From Pristiophorus japonicus (taxonomy: Eukaryota), in the NCBI RefSeq assembly GCF_044704955.1, contig NC_091987.1, forward strand, positions 188,852,001-188,916,000: a DNA stretch of 64,000 bases. The letters run 5' to 3'. A program made the translations under genes and the position numbers. Shown piece by piece: positions 50,375 to 63,394 of the stretch. The notes below the pieces were generated by a model, which saw only the letters and a program-made list of their open reading frames with translations, had not been told where the DNA came from and did no database searches. Position 1 is the stretch's first letter, and each line of letters begins with the position of its first letter.

Positions 50375-50553
50375 CTTAAGTATATTCAAGGCAGAAGTCG
50401 ATACATTTTTGGGAACGAAGGGTATTAATGGATAAGGGGATAGTGCGGTAAGGTGGAGTTGAGGTAGAAGATCAGTCATGATCTTGTTGAATGGCGGAGC
50501 AGGCTCGAGGGGCCGAATGGCCTACTGCTGCCCCTATTTCTTATGTTCTTATG
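50375..50553 (+). mobile_element. CR1 (HER1-like) 3' tail
   Basis: atggcggagcaggctcgaggggccgaatggcctact..tatttcttatgttcttatg. Confidence 0.9.
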
Positions 50554-51991
50554 CGACGATAGTATTGCCTACATCACAGCAGTGATGACACTTCAAAGGT
50601 ACTTCATTAGCTGCAAAGCGCATCTTAATCATTAATTTTGCATTAATCCTGACCTTATCCAAATAGCCACAGAAGCACATTTTCCAACAGGGGTTACTGC
50701 ACAGCGACTAAGATAGAAACTTGGCTGATCTTGCCCTGCGCCCCCACCCCCTCATTTCCCCAGCCCAGAAGGGCAAGGCCTGCTGTAGATTGTAAATTGC
50801 TACGCTAGCTGAGATCACTTATGTTAGGCAAGACTGGAGATCAAAACCAATCTGCCTGACTCAGCACCACGCTGGTTGCTGTACTTGCTCACCAAGCCTT
50901 TGCGGCAGCTTTAATCTTTATTCTTGTTAAATAATCAACAACTGTGGATATGTAGAGACAGGCAGAATCCAGGGGAACAGTATCAATTCAGAGATAAAGC
51001 AATAGTGTTGAGTAAGAAAACTCAGCAGTTGCTAACATACAACAAAATGATTATTTTTAATAGAAATGCTGCAGCTAGTTCGGTAGTACATCACTCCTGC
51101 AATGGCTCATCTGCTAGGCAGTTCTGAGTTTTATGAAGTACGGTATATGTGCTAATTTATTATTTTTAGAACTGACTTTCACAGAGCGAGCAGGTTTTGC
51201 ACATTTAATGAGAATGCAACCACTTTATTTTAAAGGCTGAAGCTATGTATGAAGCACATTATTCAGGGTACGACAGTGATATGCAGCCGGTTTATGTGTA
51301 GCCGTTTACTTCCGATCAGCTCGAGTGCTGACTCTGCCTCACTTTTCAATTTTGTTACCCCAGTTCCACTCTATTTCTGTGAGCCTCTCTGATGATTCTG
51401 ATTTGTCTCTGAATTGATACCTGCCCCCTTGATTCTGCCTGTCTCTACATATCTACAAGTCAGATCAGCCTTTTATTTATGAACTATAGGTTTCCTTTCC
51501 TCTTCATTTCTACTCCCTTGGTTCTCAGCCTCCCTCCTTCCTTAACCTTACCTAGTCAGGCCTAGTTGAAACAAGAGTGTGTCTGACCTGCTTTTAGCGG
51601 TACAAATAATGTATGAAAGCACAAAGCAAATGGAAGAATACATATCAAATTAAGCAATAATGCTTCTGTATTATAAACAAAAATGTGCACGTAACATTAA
51701 GTTTCCATGAAAACACACAACACAATTTATTTTTAACTGAAACAAATATATTTTACCGAACGTGTTTTTAAATCGCATTTGTTAAAAATCATTAAAACTT
51801 TTTCTTTGGCTATTTACTGTTTTTCTTAGTTTGGAATAATCCTTTGTACCCATCATGTGAAAACTGACCAGATTTCTCCATATTGCGCATCTCTAGGTTG
51901 CTCTGAGAAGGTGTTGGTGGGCATTACTCTCGCAACTGTTTGTAGAGCTGAGTGTTTGTACACTTCTGAGGGCATAAAGAGCCAATCACAT

Positions 51992-53722
51992 GGGCCGCGA
52001 GTTTACGAACTTCGGCGGGTCTGTGGCGGGCGACGTTGGTGGTGGTTCCCGAATCTGTTGTTGTTTCCATCACGGTCTCTAAAATGAATTTACCCTAATT
52101 GGGCTTGTTAAGCCCACCCAGCACATTTCCCGACCAATTAGAGGAAGCAGGTCTTTTGATGTCATTTGATAACACGTCATCAGCCGGTTTTCTTAAAGGG
52201 ACCATGGCCAACTTTATTTTGACATTGATGGTGTCAGTGTTCTACAGCATTGAGGTGCTGCAAACACTGACAAGCACTGCACAGAGGCACAGGGCTGCAC
52301 CCATGCTCTCCCGTGACTCCCTCCATATGCTTAAGGAGGGAGTCACAGCACGCAGGGAATTCCTCTTCCCTTCCTATTGGTGGAAGAGACCTCCCCAGGA
52401 GATCAACGCAGCCTGGTTGCACATTGCACAGGAGTACACAAGCAGGATGTGGTCAGGAGGACCTGCGTGCAGTGATGCAAATGTTTCAATGATCTCAGTA
52501 GATCACGAAACGTTAGTATAAAGCCACTGTCAACCTCATCCTGCTATGCCTCTCATCATATCCCCATCACTCGGCCTTCCCAACCCTACTCCTGCACATC
52601 CTTACTCACACCAACTTACCTTGAACTTCCACCCATCCCTCTATCGACATTATCATTTCTCCATCTCACTAGCCACCATCGCACTCACCCTCATCATAGT
52701 CTAATCATACCAACTAAAAACATACAAGGGTAGGCACTTGGGTGGTTTATGCAATGTTCATGTAAAGTTTCTGTTAACGTAGTGTCAAACATAAAAACCT
52801 CTATTTTCAACACTTTGTGTTCTTGGACAGATGTGTGTGCACCTTTTGGAGGTGGCTTAGTGAGTTGCAGTGAATGGTGAGTCATAACGGTGCCCACTGC
52901 AATGTGATGAGTGTGAAAGAAATGGCTTGGGCATTGTAGGGATACCTTATGGTGTTATTATGGGGTGGTGCCGACCTGGTGCATCATGTGGTGTCAAGTG
53001 AAGTAAATGTGACCATGGTGAGGCCATCCCTTGCCTCCCGGGCAGCACTGTGGTCGGGTGCTGATGCCTTGTGTCCTGTGCAGCATCAGTTGATTGCAGT
53101 GAAAGTTGGTGTTGTGTTGGTGCTGCTGGTATGCCTCACGAGGCTGGTGTTGGGGCTGATCATAGTGAGAAAGTTTCAAGGGCACCAATGCTGATGGAAT
53201 AGATGGCAGGTGAAGTAGAGATGACAGAAACGATCTGTCAATGGTGGGAGAGGTAATGAGGTCAGACCTCATGGCAACTTGTGTAAAGACTTGCAGCATC
53301 CTGAATCTGTAGTGGAAATGCAGTTTAGCGAAGCTAGTGGTTAAGTAAACATTTCTCAATCAGCTGGAACCTTTGACTTGACATTTGAAGCTGTCAACTC
53401 ATCAGCTGATTCAATGGCCGCTGACTTCCCACCTCAGCTTCACAGACGAGGTCTTGGCAAAGCAGGGAACTGGAGAGCGACCTGTCAAATCCAAAAAGCT
53501 GGGAATAAACTATTGATAAGTGACTGTGAACAAGCCATTAATGATTTTAATTGCCACCCCCGCCATTCCCTGTTGTATCTGCTCAGCGCTGGCAGACCCA
53601 ACATCTGGAAAGTCGAGTGTGCGCGTTTTGACAGTGGGTTCCTGACCGACTGTCAATCATTTTAAATTTAATAGCTGACCCGCCACCCATCCTGTCCACT
53701 GAGCAGTGGCAAAATTCTGGCC
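51992..53722. mobile_element. Decayed PIF/Harbinger-type DNA transposon with Myb/SANT remnant
   Basis: Imperfect TIRs GGGCCGCGAGTTTAC / GCAAAATTCTGGCC; + strand about 52288-52510 gives RAAPMLS..LKEGVTARREFLFP..AAWLHIAQEYTSR, a frameshift, then VVRRTCVQ*CKCFNDL. Confidence 0.7.
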
Positions 53723-53724
53723 AT

Positions 53725-53925
53725 GATGTGGATTAGAGTCACATGTTGGCCAGACCAAATCAGGCTGACAGGTTCTCTTCCCTGAAAGACATCAGTAAAC
53801 GACTTGTTTTCATTTCTGACAATGGTCACTTCATAGTCATTTTTTTGGTGCTCCTCCAAAAGTGATCAGGTTTGAACTCTAAACCCCTGGCTTGTGAAGT
53901 CCTGTACCATAACCACGACACCACT
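53725..53925 (-). mobile_element. Degenerate tRNA-SINE (family of 14733-15103)
   Basis: gagtcacatgttggccagacc..ttccctgaaagacatcagtaaac..tttgaactc. Confidence 0.6.
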
Positions 53926-54040
53926 TCTCTTTAAATATCCATCGACTGAAACCTCATGTCGGATTGTAGCATCTTTGGACAAGTAGGGCAAATGGAGCGT
54001 GTTTCAAAGGGAAAGCATTTGGTTAATAGTGATCATAAAA

Positions 54041-54490
54041 GTCCAGAATTTGCAGTCAGCAGCGAAGCAAAGGTGTTCGCTGCTGGTCACAAAGTACGTT
54101 CTGCACAAGGATCTCACAATCCCTGTGTCGAGAATTTCGGGTATTCCGAACTTCAATTCAAATCAATGAACTGTAGTGGGATCCCCTTGTGCGAGATGCT
54201 GTGATGTCAACAGGCTGTCTAACCAGCCAATCAAAATGCAGAATTCTCACAGACAGCGAGCAAGGAAGTGAATAGTAAGCTCTTAAAATTCTAACTTTTA
54301 AAATTTGTTGCCACAGCTTGTCGGCTGTGTGTGTGTGGGGGTGGGTGGAGCACAGCCCAGCCTGTTTCGGAGCTGACAATGACAGACTGCACATTCGGGA
54401 TTTTCGCATGCGCCAAATCCCAAAGTTGTGGTCCGTTTCAAAGGCGGAATGATGGCGAACGCTGTCAGTTTGCCCAACCGCAAATTAGGT
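54041..54490. mobile_element. Degenerate Harbinger-like MITE
   Basis: GTCCAGAATTTGC ... GCAAATT ends; CpG-rich body. Confidence 0.45.
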
Positions 54491-54504
54491 TTAAAGTAGT
54501 TATG

Positions 54505-55330
54505 GAAAGGGTCCAAAAAAAAAAAAAAATGAAAATACCCAACTGGAAGAGACTGGAAAATAGATTGGCGAGGAAAACAGTACATGAGTAATGGCTGGCC
54601 TTCAAGGCGGAAATAGCTCCGGTACAAACCAAACATATTCCCATAAGGATGAAAAATGGGGCATCCAAAGCCAGAGCTTCCTGGATGACAATGAAATGGA
54701 GGTTAAAATAAAAGAGGAAAAGGAGATTAATGACGAATATCAAGAATAGAATACAGTCAAAAACCAGGCAGAATACAGAGAGTGCAGGGGAAAATTGCAA
54801 AACGATACAAGAAGGGCAAAGAGAGAGAATGAGGAAAGATTAGCGGGTAACATAAAAGGGAATTCAAAAACCTTTTCTAAACATATAAAAAGTAAACGGT
54901 AGTTAAAGGAATGGTGGGAATGATTAGGGACAAATATGGACATCTTCTTGTGGAGGCAGAGGGCATGACTGAGGTACTGAGTGATTATTTTGCATCTGTC
55001 TTCACGAGGAAAAAATTAATGTTGGAGTACAGGAGGAGGGAGTGGAGATATTGGATAGGATAAAAATAGATGGAAAGGAGGTGCTAAATTGGTTGGCATC
55101 ATTTAAAGTTGACAAGTCACCCAGTCCATTTGGGATGCATGCTGTGGGAAGCTAGGATGGAGATAGCAGAAGCTCTGACTACAATCTTTCAACCCCCATT
55201 GGATATTGGAGTGGTGCCGGAGGACTGGAGGATTGCAAATGTTACACTATTGTTTAGAAATGTAGAGAGGGATAAACATGGTAACTGCAGGCCAATGAGT
55301 CCAGTGGCAGTGATGTGAAAACTACTAGAG
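54505..55330 (+). mobile_element. CR1 ORF2 fragment (family of 8815-12376)
   Basis: GVVPEDWRIANVT; nucleotide similarity to about 10190-10900; followed by a minus-strand CR1 piece at about 55340-55632. Confidence 0.8.
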
Positions 55331-56183
55331 ACAACTGGAAAGACCTTCTCCACATCTACCCTATTAAACCTTTAAAGAACTCCATCACGTCACCCCTCCT
55401 ATTTCTCCTTTTTAGAGGAACGAGCTCCAGTCTGTTCAATTTTTCTTGATGGGTATAACCTCTCCGTTCTGATATAATTCCAGAAAATCTTTTGTGCAAC
55501 TTCTCGAATGCCTCCATATCCTTTCTCTAATACGGATACCAGATCTGTTCACAGTATTGCAAGTGTGGTCTAACCAAGGTTCTATATAAGCTTAACATAG
55601 TCTCTCTGCTTTTTAAATCTATCCCTCTAGTGACTTTTACCAAACCCAGTATGAGGTATGAGCTGAATTATTGCACAGTAGCTGAAGCATTGTCGTTAAT
55701 GGCTGTATATCTTTTGATATCGATTCACCTCCCTCACACCATTAACCTCAACACCTCCTCCAAGCTAGCTCCCCCAATTATGTTGTTAATACTAACTATT
55801 TTTAAAAAATCCAAGAATACACAGAAATAGATAAATGTAAACCAAAATAATACTGAAGTTGATCAGAATTCTTTGTAACTGATTATTTTTATAAAGGCAT
55901 ACTGAGAGTGAAGCTTGGTGCAATCAGTTGTATTAACAGCCGTCTTTACATGGCTCAGTTGCAATGTTGTAACAATAGTAAGTCCCTATTTAATTAAAAG
56001 CTATGGCCCCCACAGAAGTAAGTTTTTCTTCCCTGACAGATAATGATGCAATTTCTTACAACAACCAATCCAAAGGCAAAAGGTTGAGGCCATTAAAATC
56101 AAGATTAAAAACTACTCTCCTAAAAAATAACCTTCAGAGTAAAACCCTGAGAACATGACATTCACTGTGTGGTAATTTTGAAT

Positions 56184-56848
56184 GGCCCAGAAATTCCGGC
56201 CTCCCCGGGTCCATACGGAGTGTGTACAGACCCGGGAAGGCATCGCAAAAGCCGGTTTTCAGCGCACAATGCGCATTCGCTGAAAACCGCCTTTCCCAAT
56301 CAGTCAAGCTGGAGCTTGATCGATCTTCCGCATCTCGGGTGCGAGGACATTTGCACGGGCAAGATTGTGGTATTTACCCATAGCATACATTTATAGGCAT
56401 AAGAGTTTTAAAACACACACAAACATTGTAAAATAACATTTTAAAAACACATTTTATTGTTTAAAAAACCCTCCCCACTACAGTAAGTTTATTTTAAACC
56501 ATAATTTTAAAAACATTTTTAAAAATTGGAAAAATATATATTTTTTAAATGCATAAATAACTAATTTAAATTAATAAAAATATGTTGTGTATTTTTTCTA
56601 TTTTTTATTGTTGGATTTGTGTGTTTGGGGCTGTCTCGTTCATAATAATGGGAACTCCAACTTACGGAGTTCCCATTATTATGAATGAGAACATACTATA
56701 CCTGATTGGCTGTCCAGAGCCATGTGACTCCAGCTCCAGGCATGTGCACGTCCCGACGTGCACGCGGTGCAATGCGCAAATGGCACTGGGTGGTTCGAGC
56801 AGAGGAATATCGGCGGCAGTGGGCGGTATGTTCATCAATTTCGGCCCC
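56184..56848. mobile_element. Harbinger-like MITE with internal 25-bp hairpin
   Basis: TIR GGCCCAGAAATTC / CAATTTCGGCCCC; CpG-rich ends and AT-rich centre. Confidence 0.7.
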
Positions 56849-57744
56849 TTAGTGACCTCACACTAACCATCCTTTGATATTACTTTCTCCAAATGAGGAA
56901 GAAAAATTATACAACTATTACAACTGTTAGAAGTAGAATTATCGTCTTCGTGAGAATTAGGATAAAGCTGTCATATGCTTCAAGTTCTAAATATGTTCAC
57001 TAACGTACCACAGCTGAACAATTTAAAGCATGCCTTCTAGTATCTAAATAACAAATATTTATCGGTTCTATGGAGTTCCTATTAATCCAGCAGGGCAATG
57101 ATTATGAAAAGATTACTGTGGTGTAATAAGGTGCAATAATTTAACAGAATTGAAAACAGATTAATTGAAAGAAAAAATATCAAATATTTAGAAATGTAAC
57201 TTTCAGTACTAATATATATTCAAAATATACATGTGAAGTAAAGATTACACAATAGCTTGTAGTGGAACACTTTATCTGATCAGTTCCAACTGTTAATGTT
57301 GAAGTTTTGATTTGCTAGATCTGATAGGTTGAATTTACCTTGGTGCATTTGTGGTAGAGCAGTGTTCAACGTGGAATAACTCAAAGAATTAGGGCAAATG
57401 CTTTGTTACCACTCCAATCTACTGAGAAACCAGTATTTTCACTATCTTTTTGATCAAAACGGCAGTGCTCGGGCAGCAAGTCTGCATGCTGTAAGTCTAG
57501 AAATTTATGGGATCTTGTGCATTACTAATCATTTGTCCTAAAGAGGATGCATCAAAAGCATCTGTACTTAGATGTAAAGTTTAGAAAATTAAATCTTAGT
57601 TGGAGATCAGTCAAACCATGAAATGAAGCATAAAACATCCAGAAAGGAAACCAATCCTGCCCATTGCTTCGGTTGTGCTGATAAGATCTTGGCCCAATGG
57701 CAGAGTTAGTAAGTTATCCCTGAGCAGTGACATGAACAGTATAA

Positions 57745-58683
57745 GCCCAAGTTTCCACAAGAAAAAAATTGGGCGCCCCTCCGAGCTGGGCGCCCGTTTT
57801 TCGCGCCTCAAACGGCGCCTAAAAAAATCCTCGGTATTCTCCACCTACTTACAGGTCCTCTGGCCTTCGGCGCAGCCAGCATGAGCTGTGGGGGGGGGCG
57901 GAGCCAGGTCCCGGCGCTGAAAACAGTGCCGGGACCTCTGCACATGCGTGCTACAGTCGGCACGCAAGTACAGTAGCTCCAGGCGGCGAACTGTGTGGGA
58001 GGGGCCCGAAGCACGCAGCCCCTAGCCCTGGCTGAATGGCCTCACTGGGGCTGCGTGAATGAGGCTCCTCCCACGGCCAGCTCCTGCTCCCCGCCCCCGA
58101 CAAGACCCGACACCCGGGCCCCCCCCCCCCCCAGCTGACCAGACCTGATCCGACACCCGCTCCCTCCCCCAACCCCCCCCCCGCCGACCAGACCCGACCC
58201 GACACCCGTTCCCCCCCCTCGCCCTGACCCAAGACCCGAGACCCGCTTCCCCCCCCCCCGCCCCGACACCTGCTCCCCGACCTGAGACCCGCTCTCCCCC
58301 CCCCCCCCGACTGACCCGACCCGACCCGCGCTCCTGTTCCCCGACCTGCCCCCCCTCTCTCTTTCCCCCCCCTCTCTCTTCCCCCCCCCTCTCTCTTCCC
58401 CCCCCCTCTCTCTTCCCCCCCCCTCTCTCTTCCCCCCCCTCTCTCTTCCCCCCCTCTCTCTTCCCCCCCTCTCTCTTCCCCCCCTCTCTCTTCCCCCCCC
58501 CTCTCTTCCCCCCCTCTCTCTTCCCCCCCCTCTCTCTTCCCCCCCCTCTCTCTCTCCCCCCCGCTCTCTCTCCCCCCCCGCTCTCTCTCCCCCCCCGCTC
58601 TCTCCCTCCCCTCTCTCTTCCACCCCCCCCGCTCCCTCCCTCCCTCCCTCCCTCCCTCCCTCCCTCTCCCTCCCTCCCTCCCT
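57745..58683. mobile_element. Harbinger-like MITE left half, ending in a C/T-rich array and the gap
   Basis: Starts GCCCAAGTTTC; about 57850-58070 closely parallels 59610-59830. Confidence 0.75.
58350..58683. repeat. Polypyrimidine array (about CTCTCTCTTCCCCCC)n then (CTCC)n
   Basis: Read directly. Confidence 0.95.
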
Positions 58684-58883
58684 NNNNNNNNNNNNNNNNN
58701 NNNNNNNNNNNNNNNNNNNNNNNNNNNNNNNNNNNNNNNNNNNNNNNNNNNNNNNNNNNNNNNNNNNNNNNNNNNNNNNNNNNNNNNNNNNNNNNNNNNN
58801 NNNNNNNNNNNNNNNNNNNNNNNNNNNNNNNNNNNNNNNNNNNNNNNNNNNNNNNNNNNNNNNNNNNNNNNNNNNNNNNNNNN
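58684..58883. other. Assembly gap (200 N)
   Basis: Run of N. Confidence 1.
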
Positions 58884-59501
58884 GCTTTCAAATTCCTCGG
58901 CTGCATTTTCTAGGTATCGCATTTTGTGCAGAAAGAGCCATTTCCCCTCGGTTGACAATCCGTTTCCTCTGGCCCAAGAACCTGCCCTTATAGAGAGCAG
59001 CAAGTACAACTGAAACAGCTGATCCATTTTCACTCGTGTACTCCTGCCACAACTCTGGTGGGATTGTGCTGGAAGATTATTAGAAATACGCCAAGATACC
59101 AAGGCAACAAAGGCGGTAGTGAATCACCTCTCCTGGAAAGGGGCATTGGGCACTCTTTACCCTTACGCTGGGTGGCAGCTGCACCTGTGTTTCTGGGCTG
59201 GTGGTTGCCCGAGATGGGATGGGCAGCTGCCAGCCCCATGCGCATATAGTGCACTCCCACTGAGCCAGCAATGGGATTCAGCAAGAGGGGGCTTCACAGC
59301 ACAGATTGCAGCCCGTCTAAGTATTCGTTCATCTCTCGCCATATGTGGGACACTGCTGACACATAATGGGTGCTGCACTTCAGAAACAATTTATCGTGGG
59401 AAGTACTTTAAAATATTTCAGCATTGTAACAAACTAGATAAATACTTTTTTGTTGTTAACGGAGAGGGAAGGCTTGTTGAAAATTCAGACGTAGGTCCTA
59501 T

Positions 59502-62034
59502 GGGCCCAAGTTTCGGGCCGCGCCTAAAACGGCACAGCCCGGACCTGGACGCCCGTTTTTCGCGCCAGAAAGTGCGCCTAAAAAAAACTTACCTATTCTC
59601 CGGCTCCCTGCAGGTCTTCTGCAGCCGGGCGCAGCGCAGCACAAGCTGCAGGGGGCGGAGCCAGGTCCCTGCGCTGAAAACAGTGCCGGGACCTCTGCAC
59701 ATGCGTGCTACAGTGGGCACGCATGTGCAGTAGCTCCAGGCGCCCAAAACTGTGGGAGGGGCCCGAAGCACGCAGCCCCTAGCCCTGGCCGAATGGCCTC
59801 ACTGGGGCTGTGTGCATAAGGCTCCTCCCACCAGACCGGACCCGACCCGAGACCCCTGCTCCCCGCCCCCCCCCGGACCTCCGCGACTCTCTCTTTCCCC
59901 CCCCCCCCCCGACTCTCTCTTTCCCCCCCCCCCCCCCCGACCTCAGCGACTCTCTCTTTCCTCCCCCCCCATCCGGACCTCTGTGACTCTCTCTCTTTCC
60001 CCCACACCCCCCCCCGACCTCCGCGACTCCCCCGAGACCCGATGCCACCTACCTGTAAATCCAGCCCAAGGTCTTGGGCNNNNNNNNNNNNNNNNNNNNN
60101 NNNNNNNNNNNNNNNNNNNNNNNNNNNNNNNNNNNNNNNNNNNNNNNNNNNNNNNNNNNNNNNNNNNNNNNNNNNNNNNNNNNNNNNNNNNNNNNNNNNN
60201 NNNNNNNNNNNNNNNNNNNNNNNNNNNNNNNNNNNNNNNNNNNNNNNNNNNNNNNNNNNNNNNNNNNNNNNNNNNNNNNNNNNNNNNNNNNNNNNNNNNN
60301 NNNNNNNNNNNNNNNNNNNNNNNNNNNNNNNNNNNNNNNNNNNNTCTCTNNNNNNNNNNNNNNNNNNNNNNNNNNNNNNNNNNNNNNNNNNNNNNNNNNN
60401 NNNNNNNNNNNNNNNNNNNNNNNNNNNNNNNNNNNNNNNNNNNNNNNNNNNNNNNNNNNNNNNNNNNNNNNNNNNNNNNNNNNNNNNNNNNNNNNNNNNN
60501 NNNNNNNNNNNNNNNNNNNNNNNNNNNNNNNNNNNNNNNNNNNNNNNNNNNNNNNNNNNNNNNNNNNNNNNNNNNNNNNNNNNNNNNNNNNNNNNNNNNN
60601 NNNNNNNNNNNNNNNNNNNNNNNNNNNNNNNNNNNNNNNNNNNNNNNNNNNNNNNNNNNNNNNNNNNNNNNNNNNNNNNNNNNNNNNNNNNNNNNNNNNN
60701 NNNNNNNNNNNNNNNNNNNNNNNNNNNNNNNNNNNNNNNNNNNNNNNNNNNNNNNNNNNNNNNNNNNNNNNNNNNNNNNNNNNNNNNNNNNNNNNNNNNN
60801 NNNNNNNNNNNNNNNNNNNNNNNNNNNNNNNNNNNNNNNNNNNNNNNNNNNNNNNNNNNNNNNNNNNNNNNNNNNNNNNNNNNNNNNNNNNNNNNNNNNN
60901 NNNNNNNNNNNNNNNNNNNNNNNNNNNNNNNNNNNNNNNNNNNNNNNNNNNNNNNNNNNNNNNNNNNNNNNNNNNNNNNNNNNNNNNNNNNNNNNNNNNN
61001 NNNNNNNNNNNNNNNNNNNNNNNNNNNNNNNNNNNNNNNNNNNNNNNNNNNNNNNNNNNNNNNNNNNNNNNNNNNNNNNNNNNNNNNNNNNNNNNNNNNN
61101 NNNNNNNNNNNNNNNNNNNNNNNNNNNNNNNNNNNNNNNNNNNNNNNNNNNNNNNNNNNNNNNNNNNNNNNNNNNNNNNNNNNNNNNNNNNNNNNNNNNN
61201 NNNNNNNNNNNNNNNNNNNNNNNNNNNNNNNNNNNNNNNNNNNNNNNNNNNNNNNNNNNNNNNNNNNNNNNNNNNNNNNNNNNNNNNNNNNNNNNNNNNN
61301 NNNNNNNTCCCTCCCTTCTCCCCCTCTCCCCTTCTCCCCATCCCCCTTCTCCCCCTTCTCCCCCTCCCTCTCCCCCTCCCACCCCACTTCTCCCCCTCCC
61401 CTCACTGTCAGAAACACAGACACTGACAGACAGAGAGTGAGAGACACACATACACAGACAGACAGATAGAGACACTGACAGAGACACACTGGGGGGCCGT
61501 CCCAGCACACTGTTGGAGGACTCCCGGTGCTGCAGTCGGTAAGTAGAAAATGTTTGTTTTATTGATTTTTTTAAAAAAAAATTATTTCTTATTAATTTTT
61601 TTGATTGATTTATTGGTTGATTTATTGATGTATTTATAATTTATTATTGATGATGGCTCTTTATTTGTAAAACTGAAGTGTTTAATGTTTGTAAACTTCC
61701 CTTTAAACCCTAGCACCCCATTCCCTACGCCTAATTTGTAACCTGCGTCTGATTTTCTAAAGTGTAGACAAGGTTTTTTCGAACGTACAAAAATCTTCAC
61801 TTACTCCATTCTAAGTTAATTTGGAGTAAGTTTTCACTGCCGAAACTTTGAAAACAGGCGTAAGTGGCCGGACACGCCCCCTTTTGGAAAAAAAAATTCT
61901 GTTCCAAAGTGAAACTGTTCCAACTGACTAGAACTGGAGCAAACTAAATGCCGACAATTTAAATTTCTAAGATACTCCGTTCTACACCAGTTGCTCCAAA
62001 AAATCTGGAGCAACCAAGGCCGAATCTTGGGCCC
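59502..62034. mobile_element. Harbinger-like MITE spanning an N-run
   Basis: TIR GGGCCCAAGTTTCGGGCC / GGCCGAATCTTGGGCCC. Confidence 0.75.
60080..61307. other. Undetermined sequence (N) within low-complexity MITE centre
   Basis: N run with a 5-nt island tctct at 60345-60349. Confidence 1.
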
Positions 62035-62291
62035 TTTGTCATGATGTAGTACTGTGTGCTTTCAGCAATTTTTTAGTTTTCATTTCATAGCTCCTGCAAC
62101 TGTAGAATTTTGTTTCTCCAATTGCCCCCATTTTCTTGACTTTTTCCTTTGTGTCATCTTACCAACATGTTTATTTGCTCTTCCTTTGTTCTTTTAATGC
62201 CTTTCCATTGCCTCACTGAGATGACCTTTTTACATCGTTGGATCGTTTTCTATTCAGCAGTTTGTATTTAACCCATTAATACCCTCTCTAT

Positions 62292-63339
62292 GGACCCAAA
62301 CTTGGTCCACGTGTTTTTTCGGCGCACACACGTGAGATGCGCCGATTTCCTAGGATCAAAACAGCGGCAAAAAGATGTCCCCGGATTCTGGTCCCTTGGT
62401 TGACTCTCCGGGGGCTTGGCACGGCGTGACGAGTCCATTGGGGGGCGGAGCTAGGGCCTTGCACCTAAAAGAGTGCCGGCAGCTGTTCACATGCGCAGTA
62501 GAGCGTTTGTGCATGCGCAGTAGCTCCTCCCATGATGATGTGATGGGTCCCGCCCCTATCTCGGGCCGAGTGGTCTGCTGCACAGGCCGGCCTGCTGCCT
62601 TCCCCGCGCTGAGACTACAAAAAACAGGTTGGTGCGGGGAGACTTTTGATTGGGGGGGGGGGCGGAAGAGAAGGAGAGTTTGATCCAGAGGGGAGGAGAG
62701 AGAGGAGAGTTTTGATGGCGGGGGCCAGGGGAGAGAGGAGAATTTTAATGGGGTGGGAGGAGGAAGTGATAACTGTGTAGCCAGTAATTTTAATGAGCTT
62801 ACTCAAGACTTTCCTTAACCCTGTTGATGAAAATACTTTCCTACGAGCAGGAGGTACTTCTATTTTTTATTTGGATATTTTGAAAAAATTATGTAAATAT
62901 ATTTTGTCTCTTTACTTTTATTTTTGTAGTTTAAGCTTACATAAATGCTTGTTGTATAGTAAATTAACTTTGCGAAGTTTGTCAGTCCTGTATAGCTGTT
63001 TGATCCTATTCACATTCTTTAGTCAATTCATTAAGTACCTTCCTACGCTGATTTCTTAACTATCTGCAAGGGTTTTCTGTGCGGCCACAAGAGGCCACAT
63101 ACGCTGGCCTAAGTTAGTTTGGAGCAACTATTAGCTGTCCAAACTGGCTTAAATGGCCAAAATGGGCATAGGTGGCTGGTAACGCCCCCTTTTGAACAAA
63201 ACAAAATAATACTAAAAAAATCCCAACTAATTCATTTACACTGGCGCAAATTGAATGTGCAAAATGGGCATTTTTAAGATACTCCAGAAAAATCAAGTTG
63301 CTCCCTAAAAAATAGAGCAACTCCTTGGAAATTTTGGAG
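62292..63339. mobile_element. Harbinger-like MITE (family of 35810-36851)
   Basis: Body parallels 35810-36851; flanked by TAT on both sides (62289-62291, 63340-63342). Confidence 0.75.
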
Positions 63340-63394
63340 TATTTGTTGTTTCTTGTCTTTCCCGTTTCTAACCCGACTAAAATACTTGCCAATC

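Noticed and set aside
57339-57496. Minus-strand coding exon (tttctag ... AAG|GTAAAT)
   Set aside because: All three frames contain stops.
57745-60079. Assembly duplication across the 200-N gap
   Set aside because: The two MITE left halves differ at many positions and in their termini, consistent with separate subfamily copies.
57951-61510. Long ORFs of 290-600 aa
   Set aside because: Artefacts of N runs and G/C low-complexity repeats.
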